Below, one piece after another: positions 16,928 through 22,796 of a stretch of DNA of 22,796 bases. The position numbers were made by a program, and so were the translations under genes. The stretch lies in the sequence record DRR378314_424; one strand, 5' to 3'. Position 1 is the first letter of the stretch, and the number at the start of each line of letters is the position of its first letter. The notes under the pieces are model-generated. The model ran no database searches. It saw only the letters and a list, made by a program, of their open reading frames with translations, and was not told the DNA's origin.

Positions 16928-18925
16928 ATGGCAGCCGCCAAGCAAGCAAAGCTGTTTGATCAAATGAGTACAGAAAGTACCGGCTATTCCGCCAAGGATA
17001 TCGAGGTCCTCGAAGGCCTCGAACCTGTCCGCAAACGTCCGGGCATGTATATCGGCGGCACGGATGAGCGCGCCTATCACCATTTGTTCGCCGAAGTGCT
17101 GGACAATTCCATGGACGAGGCCGTCGCCGGCCATGCAAGCCGGATCGAGATCAAGCTCGACGCCGAAGGCTTCATCACCGTCACGGACAATGGGCGGGGC
17201 ATTCCGGTGGATCCACACCCGAAATTCCCGAAAAAATCCGCGCTGGAAGTGATCATGACGACACTACACGCGGGCGGTAAATTCTCTGACAAGGCGTACG
17301 AAACCGCGGGCGGCCTGCACGGGGTGGGTATCTCAGTGGTGAACGCGCTGTCCGAACTGGTCGAGGTTGAAGTTGCCCGCGACAAGGTTCTGTACCGGCA
17401 GACATTCTCTCGCGGCATTCCGCAGGACAAGCTGAAAAAGGTCGGCACCGCTCCGAACCGTCGTGGCACCGCGGTGAAGTTCAAGCCGGACTTCCAGATA
17501 TTCGGCGAAAAAATGCGTTTCCGCCCGGCCCGCCTGTTCCAGATGGCCCGCTCGAAAGCCTATCTCTATCGCGGCGTCGAAGTTCGCTGGAGCTGCGATC
17601 CGGCTTTGCTGCCCGAGGACTCCAAAGTTCCGGCCGAGGCCACCCTCTCCTATCCGAATGGATTGGCTGACCAACTGGACGAAGTCTTCAAGGACAAGGC
17701 CACGATCACCGATGCGGCCTTCACCGGTCTTGTAGACCAGGGCGGCGAAGGCAAGGTCGAATGGGCAATTGCCTGGACGCGCGCCGGTTTTGGTGAATCT
17801 GACGGTTTTTCACGATCTTACTGTAACACAATTCCGACCCCGGATGGCGGAACGCATGAAGCGGGTTTCCGCGCAGCGATCACCAAAGGCCTGCGCAATT
17901 TCGGTGAACTGACGGGAAACAAGAAAGCGTCCGAGATCACCGCCGAAGACATTATGGGCCATTCCGGTCTGCTCCTTTCGGTGTTCATCAAGGGGCCGGA
18001 ATTTGTCGGCCAAACCAAGGACAAGCTCTCGACCACAGCGGCCTTCCGCCTTGTCGAAAACTCTGTGCGCGACCGGTTTGATCACTGGCTGGCCGGCAGC
18101 CCGAAAGAAGCCGACAAGCTGCTGAGCTGGGCGGTTGAGCGTGCCGAGGAACGCCAGCGCCGCCGCAAGCAAAAAGAGATCTCACGCAAGTCCGCGACCA
18201 AGAAACTCCGCCTGCCAGGCAAGCTGGCCGATTGTTCCGACAAGGGACCAGAAGGCACGGAACTCTTCCTCGTCGAGGGGGATTCCGCTGGCGGCTCTGC
18301 GAAGCAAGCACGCGACCGGAAATCCCAGGCCATCCTGCCTCTGCGCGGAAAAATCCTGAATGTCGAAAGCGCCTCGCTCGACAAGATGATGAACAATCAG
18401 GAGATCAACGATCTCTCCCTCGCGCTCGGCACCCAACTGGGCAAGAAATTCGACATGGATGACCTGCGCTATGACCGCATCATCATCATGACCGATGCGG
18501 ACGTCGACGGCGCGCATATTGCCAGCCTGCTTATCACTTTCTTCTACCGGATGACTCCGGGCCTGATCGAAAGCGGGCGTTTGTTCCTTGCGATGCCTCC
18601 GCTCTACAAGCTCTCCAACAAAGGCACGATCGTCTACGCGATGGATGATGCCGACCGGGCGCAAAAAATGAAGGAAAACTTCAAGCCCAATCAGAAGGTC
18701 GACATGACCCGCTTCAAGGGTTTGGGAGAGATGAATCCCGGGCAGTTGAAAGAGACCACGATGAACCCGGCGACGCGGACGCTGGCCCGGGTGACTCTGG
18801 AAGCGATCGACGATGTGGAGGTTCCGGCCGAGGAACTGATCAACACGCTGATGGGCAAGAAAGCTGAATTGCGGTTTCGCTTCATTCAGGAAAACGCCGC
18901 CTTCGTGGAAGAGCTGGATATCTAG
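16928..18925 (+). CDS. parE: DNA topoisomerase IV subunit B
   Basis: IEVLEGLEPVRKRPGMYIG, EVLDNSMDE, GGLHGVG, TOPRIM VEGDSAGG, PLRGKILN, IMTDADVDGAHI and RFKGLGEM motifs. At 665 aa it lacks the ~170-aa insert of proteobacterial GyrB. Confidence 0.93.
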   Translation: MAAAKQAKLFDQMSTESTGYSAKDIEVLEGLEPVRKRPGMYIGGTDERAYHHLFAEVLDNSMDEAVAGHASRIEIKLDAEGFITVTDNGRGIPVDPHPKFPKKSALEVIMTTLHAGGKFSDKAYETAGGLHGVGISVVNALSELVEVEVARDKVLYRQTFSRGIPQDKLKKVGTAPNRRGTAVKFKPDFQIFGEKMRFRPARLFQMARSKAYLYRGVEVRWSCDPALLPEDSKVPAEATLSYPNGLADQLDEVFKDKATITDAAFTGLVDQGGEGKVEWAIAWTRAGFGESDGFSRSYCNTIPTPDGGTHEAGFRAAITKGLRNFGELTGNKKASEITAEDIMGHSGLLLSVFIKGPEFVGQTKDKLSTTAAFRLVENSVRDRFDHWLAGSPKEADKLLSWAVERAEERQRRRKQKEISRKSATKKLRLPGKLADCSDKGPEGTELFLVEGDSAGGSAKQARDRKSQAILPLRGKILNVESASLDKMMNNQEINDLSLALGTQLGKKFDMDDLRYDRIIIMTDADVDGAHIASLLITFFYRMTPGLIESGRLFLAMPPLYKLSNKGTIVYAMDDADRAQKMKENFKPNQKVDMTRFKGLGEMNPGQLKETTMNPATRTLARVTLEAIDDVEVPAEELINTLMGKKAELRFRFIQENAAFVEELDI

Positions 18926-18962
18926 CAAGTCCGGCATCCAGCCCATCAAAAGTAAACGAAAT

Positions 18963-18996
18963 CTACCCATCGGGAATGAAATTCTCCCGATGGTAG
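18963..18996. other. Stem-loop between parE and the diguanylate cyclase gene (terminator-like, or operator)
   Basis: CTACCCATCGGGA-ATGAAATTC-TCCCGATGGTAG: 9-bp perfect stem extendable with one bulge; no immediate U-tract. Confidence 0.5.
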
Positions 18997-19033
18997 CACC
19001 TGATTTTAACCTTACCCTGCGATATGGGTCACC

Positions 19034-20632
19034 ATGTTTCTTGGTGTCCGCACCCTTCGTCGATTGAACGACCTGAGCAGCCCTCAAGACCTGAAGGCGC
19101 TGTGGAGGCGGTATATTATTGCCTTGGCGCTGATCTTCGGCCTGCTGATGACCAGCCATATCGTTTCCCGCGAGGCGCTTCATCAGGGCGCGCAGGATGC
19201 GTCCACTATCAATATGAGCGGTCGCCAGCGGATGTTGCTGCAGCGAATTGCTCACATCGCAGACGATTATTCCGAAACGCAGGACCTGGAAGACCGGAAC
19301 CAGCTTCAGACCAGCGCGCGCCTGTTTGAAGAATCGCATGCGAAGCTCATCTCCCGCAGTCAGTCTGCGAAACTCGCGCATGATCTTTACACGGGGGGAA
19401 GCGAACCGCTCAACCAACAGATTCAGGCCATGCTCTTGCATGTCGATCGCCTGCTGGATGAGCCGGAAAATGGGGCGGGTCACGCAAAAGCGGTCCAGCA
19501 GATGGCGGATGGCGTTCTGGCGCGGCGGCTGAATGATGCTGTCAGCACCTGGGAAACTGTTTCTGATCGCCGGAGAGCCACTTTGACTCAGATCCAGGAT
19601 CTCTCCCTGATGGCCGGAGTCCTGATGCTGTTCGCGGAAATCCTGTTGATCTTCTGGCCGTCTCACCAGACCATTTCCCGCGCTTTCGAAAAACTGAAGG
19701 CGGAGAGCGACACATCGGAACAAACTCTGGACCGGTTGTCGAACTTTGCCTCTGTTGCCGCGGATCTCTTCTGGGAAACCGATGCCGCTGGGCATATGAT
19801 TTATGCGGAAGGCAGCTTCCTGGAGCGGATGAAGGGCGGCCGGGAAACCATTGTCGGATGCGACTATCGCGATATCATCCAATATTCCGGGGAAAACCTG
19901 GAAATCCTTCGCGCGGCGTTACAATCATTCGGCGCCTATAAGGACATCATTGGAACGTTCACGGATGTTGACGGCCAGACCTACAAGATGTCCATGTCCG
20001 GAAAGCCTCACTATGATGACCGGGGGCGGATCATTGGCTATATCGGCACGGCGACGGATGTGACCGAAAAGCAGACCCGGCAGGAAGAAACCGAATTGCT
20101 TGCCTCGACCGATCCGTTGACGGGCCTGGCGAATGTGCGGAAATTCCGCGCGGCCATGGACAAGATCCTGGAAGAGGCCACGAGCCGGAACCCGGTTCAT
20201 GTTCTGGCGCTGGATCTCGACGGCTTCAAGGCGGTCAACGATACGTATGGTCATGGCGCGGGTGACGAGGTTCTCAAAGCCGTTGCCGCGCGGATGCAGT
20301 CCACTTTGCGCGAAAGCGATTGGTGCGCGCGCATTGGCGGCGATGAGTTCTTCGTCGTCTGCCACACAGCGCCGTCCAGATTGGCGGCGGAGGGCCTGGC
20401 GATGCGGCTGAACCGTCAGTTGGCGGAGCCTTACAGCCTGTCCAGCGGCCATCGCGTGCGGGTCAGCGCCTCTATCGGAATTGCCGCCGCACCGTTTGAC
20501 TGCATGAGCACCGAACCGCTGCTGAAGGCCGCCGACATGGCGCTGTACGAATCCAAGGGGCGCGGCCGCAACCAGTATTGCTTCTATGAAGACCTTGGCC
20601 CCTTCGTGGTAGACGAGCAGGCCTTCGCCTGA
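19034..20632 (+). CDS. Membrane diguanylate cyclase (PilJ/NarX-like periplasmic sensor, PAS, GGDEF)
   Basis: Two TMs flanking INMSGRQRML; PAS region DLFWETDAAG...GYIGTATDVTE; TDPLTGLAN, LDLDGFKAVNDTYGHGAGD, RESD I-site and intact GGDEF. Confidence 0.93.
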   Translation: MFLGVRTLRRLNDLSSPQDLKALWRRYIIALALIFGLLMTSHIVSREALHQGAQDASTINMSGRQRMLLQRIAHIADDYSETQDLEDRNQLQTSARLFEESHAKLISRSQSAKLAHDLYTGGSEPLNQQIQAMLLHVDRLLDEPENGAGHAKAVQQMADGVLARRLNDAVSTWETVSDRRRATLTQIQDLSLMAGVLMLFAEILLIFWPSHQTISRAFEKLKAESDTSEQTLDRLSNFASVAADLFWETDAAGHMIYAEGSFLERMKGGRETIVGCDYRDIIQYSGENLEILRAALQSFGAYKDIIGTFTDVDGQTYKMSMSGKPHYDDRGRIIGYIGTATDVTEKQTRQEETELLASTDPLTGLANVRKFRAAMDKILEEATSRNPVHVLALDLDGFKAVNDTYGHGAGDEVLKAVAARMQSTLRESDWCARIGGDEFFVVCHTAPSRLAAEGLAMRLNRQLAEPYSLSSGHRVRVSASIGIAAAPFDCMSTEPLLKAADMALYESKGRGRNQYCFYEDLGPFVVDEQAFA

Positions 20633-20700
20633 CCCCCTTCCCCGCGAACGCCAGCACGAATGGCCGGACACGCGGGGCGCGCGCCGGCAAGACGATCTCA

Positions 20701-20714
20701 TTATCAGACGAATA
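20701..20714. repeat. Left copy of a 14-bp direct repeat flanking the hypothetical gene
   Basis: TTATCAGACGAATA abuts the stop codon at 20715-20717; 13/14 identical to the copy at 21369-21382. Confidence 0.65.
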
Positions 20715-21344
20715 TCAGGGCGAGCTGTCCCAGCCATCCAGCGCGGCATGGATCTGTGAGGGCAACAGCGTCGCCAGCGCGCCAAGCTCCGGCGAGAGGC
20801 GATAGGCGCTGTCTGCCGGGCCGATCATGGGCCGCGGCTCCCCCGCCGATTTCAGCCGGTAGAGATGCCGCGCCAGGCGTTTCACATGCCCGTCCGGATC
20901 CTTGAAGACGCGCCGCAGGGCGGCAATCCGCTGGACCAGCCGCGCCGGGCTGACCGGGCCGCCAGGGCGCAGGCGCGCCTGAAGCGTGTCAGGGAATTGC
21001 GCGTCCGTGCCAAAGGCCCGTTTCGGGGGCAAGAGCGACAGCCGCCGCATGGCAACGCGCGGAAACTCTGCCAGCTCCACCCCGTCCAGCAGGGCGGGCG
21101 CGGCCGCTGGCCGGGGCGCGGCGTCCGCTTTCGGGGCGGGCACATAGGCAAGGCGCAGCGCCATCAGGAACAGGATGCGGCGGACAAGGCTTTCCACCTG
21201 GCGCAGGCGCCCGGAAATCCGCTGCGCCAACCCCCGCCCGATATGCGACGGCTCCAGATGCAAATTCCCCAGAGCCGACGCCCCCAGCACCGCCAAAGCC
21301 GCCTGCTCCAGCCCCCGTTCCAGAATGTTAGCCTGTGCGTTCAT
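20715..21344 (-). CDS. Hypothetical protein (209 aa, Ala/Arg/Leu-rich, likely helical)
   Basis: ATG-started ORF filling the gap, with strongly GC-biased third positions; no family recognised. Confidence 0.7.
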   Translation of the reverse strand: MNAQANILERGLEQAALAVLGASALGNLHLEPSHIGRGLAQRISGRLRQVESLVRRILFLMALRLAYVPAPKADAAPRPAAAPALLDGVELAEFPRVAMRRLSLLPPKRAFGTDAQFPDTLQARLRPGGPVSPARLVQRIAALRRVFKDPDGHVKRLARHLYRLKSAGEPRPMIGPADSAYRLSPELGALATLLPSQIHAALDGWDSSP

Positions 21345-21368
21345 GGGGATGGAGTATGGAGGGCGGAG

Positions 21369-21382
21369 TTATCAGACGGATA
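21369..21382. repeat. Right copy of the 14-bp direct repeat
   Basis: TTATCAGACGGATA, with internal dyad TATC-N5-GATA, 24 nt upstream of the ATG and at the GC-to-AT transition. Confidence 0.65.
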
Positions 21383-21604
21383 GGGAAAGAGTATTGTTCG
21401 TACCCCCTCACAACCAGAAGCGAGCTGTCGAAATATAAACGACGCAACCAACCGCACCGCAGAGCTATCAAACTCCAGCAAGAGGTTGCAAGATTCGCTC
21501 CTACTCCATTGCGGCGAACTCCCGACGTCGCAACGAATGATTGAATATTTGTTTCGACTCACCGCAATGGTGGAAAGTCTAACAATCTCCGGATCAACTA
21601 TAAT

Positions 21605-22135
21605 ATGAACGCCCTTGAAAAGTATTTAGATGTTGCAGCTTGGATTGTTGCGCTAGAAGACAAGCGCTTTTTTGAGCATAAAGGGATAGATTGGCTGGCA
21701 TGTGTACGAGCGGCGAAAAATGTCCTGCTTCTTCGTCCGTATGGAGGAGCAAGCACGATCGACATGCAGTATGTGCGAACAATTACTAACGAACGCACAA
21801 ACTCTATCTCACGTAAACTACGAGAGATGCGCCGTGCACATGCATTAAATCAAGAGTACTCCAAATCAGAAATACTCGAAAGCTATCTGACATATTGTTT
21901 TGTATCTACGAAGTACTACTCGATAGCAGCTGTGTACAGATCAGTTATAGACAAATACTCAGCTGAATTTGAAGATATAGATTTGCTGCTTGCCTGCATG
22001 GTAAAGTATCCAATGCCCGCCAGCCCCTCAAAGAAGTGGTATTCAAAAATTCGGGCTCGGTATGATTATGGATTGAAAATGCGGTCTCGAAAGCACTCAG
22101 CTTTTCAAAAACTTGTTTCGAATTATCTGATCTAG
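21605..22135 (+). CDS. Stand-alone peptidoglycan transglycosylase (GT51/Transgly) domain protein
   Basis: Motif 1 EDKRFFEHKGID, motif 2 GASTIDMQYVR, motif 3 RKLRE, motif 4 SKSEILESYL. An in-frame TGA at 21542 prevents any long N-terminal extension. Confidence 0.85.
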   Translation: MNALEKYLDVAAWIVALEDKRFFEHKGIDWLACVRAAKNVLLLRPYGGASTIDMQYVRTITNERTNSISRKLREMRRAHALNQEYSKSEILESYLTYCFVSTKYYSIAAVYRSVIDKYSAEFEDIDLLLACMVKYPMPASPSKKWYSKIRARYDYGLKMRSRKHSAFQKLVSNYLI

Positions 22136-22645
22136 CAGGCTCTTATCAAGACTGTAGGAAATGGAATTCAATTCATCTATATCATTCCAAAATCCTCGAG
22201 TAGAATCGGCGCCTTGCTCTTCGCCGTTCGCACGATAGAGCCTCTCACATAGAGATCCTGTTTTCACGAACAGCGGGACAATTTCGTTTTCAAAGCGCTT
22301 ATAAACTCCGTGCCCAAAATATACTTCGAGCTTTGCAAGCACAGGCGCCAAGTTATCGTTCCACTCGGTTACGACATCACCGTATTCTTTTATAGCATCC
22401 GTAGGATCAATTGAAATTCCCTCACGGAGGCTATAATATACTCTCCGCATTCTGTATATTCTACGCGCCATAAGACTACTCAGGTATTCATAGAATTCAA
22501 ACGCTCGCTCTCGAAGCTCCGTTTCCTTCTGCCTTCGGTACTTAGCCTCATCTGCTGATCGCTGAAGATAGGAAACCACGACGGCAGTCACGATGGAGCC
22601 GACACCAAATGCACTTGCCGCAGCAAATAAGGCAGAAATTTCCAC
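22097..22645 (-). CDS. Hypothetical protein with a single N-terminal TM helix and a helical soluble domain
   Basis: GTG at 22645 with a GGAGGGG SD 7 nt upstream; ISALFAAASAFGVGSIVTAVVVSYL is hydrophobic and followed by a charged coiled-coil-like stretch; 39-bp tail-to-tail overlap with the transglycosylase gene. Confidence 0.75.
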   Translation of the reverse strand: MEISALFAAASAFGVGSIVTAVVVSYLQRSADEAKYRRQKETELRERAFEFYEYLSSLMARRIYRMRRVYYSLREGISIDPTDAIKEYGDVVTEWNDNLAPVLAKLEVYFGHGVYKRFENEIVPLFVKTGSLCERLYRANGEEQGADSTRGFWNDIDELNSISYSLDKSLLDQIIRNKFLKS

Positions 22646-22796
22646 TACAACACCCCTCCAAAGCAACGTTCTAAATAGTCTACATCTGGCGATTATCTAT
22701 CCTAAATTGATTCCAACCGTGAATTCTAGTTCTGCCACATTAAGAACAATTGCTGCTCCCTTCCATCCTCTAAATGCTCCATATGAGCAAAAAGCT

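Larger units (their letters stand above)
21383..22796. other. AT-rich, probably horizontally acquired segment (continues past the window end)
   Basis: Hand counts: 23/60 GC at 21901-21960, against 37/60 in parE (17101-17160) and 48/60 at 21061-21120. No mobility gene in view. Confidence 0.75.

Noticed and set aside
16875-17138. N-terminal extension of the OYE ORF
   Set aside because: Overlaps parE head-to-head; family similarity and an SD begin at 16874.
16928-18925. Calling this gene gyrB
   Set aside because: Length and absence of the large proteobacterial GyrB insertion fit ParE.
18182-19882. 566-aa minus-strand ORF
   Set aside because: Antisense shadow of parE and the diguanylate cyclase; no recognisable motifs, and such long shadows are expected in GC-rich DNA.
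22697-22796. 3' end of a further minus-strand CDS
   Set aside because: Two frames are open for only about 22-32 codons from the window edge; too short to call.

Overview
This is a GC-rich alphaproteobacterial chromosome segment. Gene style and a perfect CtrA box suggest Caulobacterales/Hyphomonadaceae, but that is inference only. Left to right it holds: (1) a partial polytopic GT-C-like membrane protein missed by the ORF track, divergent from a GT2 polyprenol-phosphate glycosyltransferase; (2) a membrane histidine-kinase-like protein whose phospho-acceptor His is replaced by Ala (pseudokinase), divergent from an FAD oxidoreductase resembling polyunsaturated fatty-acid isomerase; (3) a minus-strand TonB-dependent receptor - SapC - JmjC/cupin - tryptophan-halogenase-family cluster with LacI-type operators upstream; (4) tRNA-Val(TAC) and lon, with a sigma32-type promoter and a terminator; (5) an old-yellow-enzyme oxidoreductase carrying a 21-bp in-frame tandem duplication; (6) parE, with a CtrA box hidden in the neighbouring gene; (7) a PilJ/NarX-PAS-GGDEF diguanylate cyclase; (8) a very GC-rich hypothetical gene bracketed by 14-bp direct repeats; (9) the start of an AT-rich foreign-looking segment encoding an anchorless peptidoglycan transglycosylase-domain protein and a single-TM hypothetical protein. 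No CRISPR array, rRNA, transposase or integrase was seen. All family calls come from motifs recognised by eye, not from database searches.
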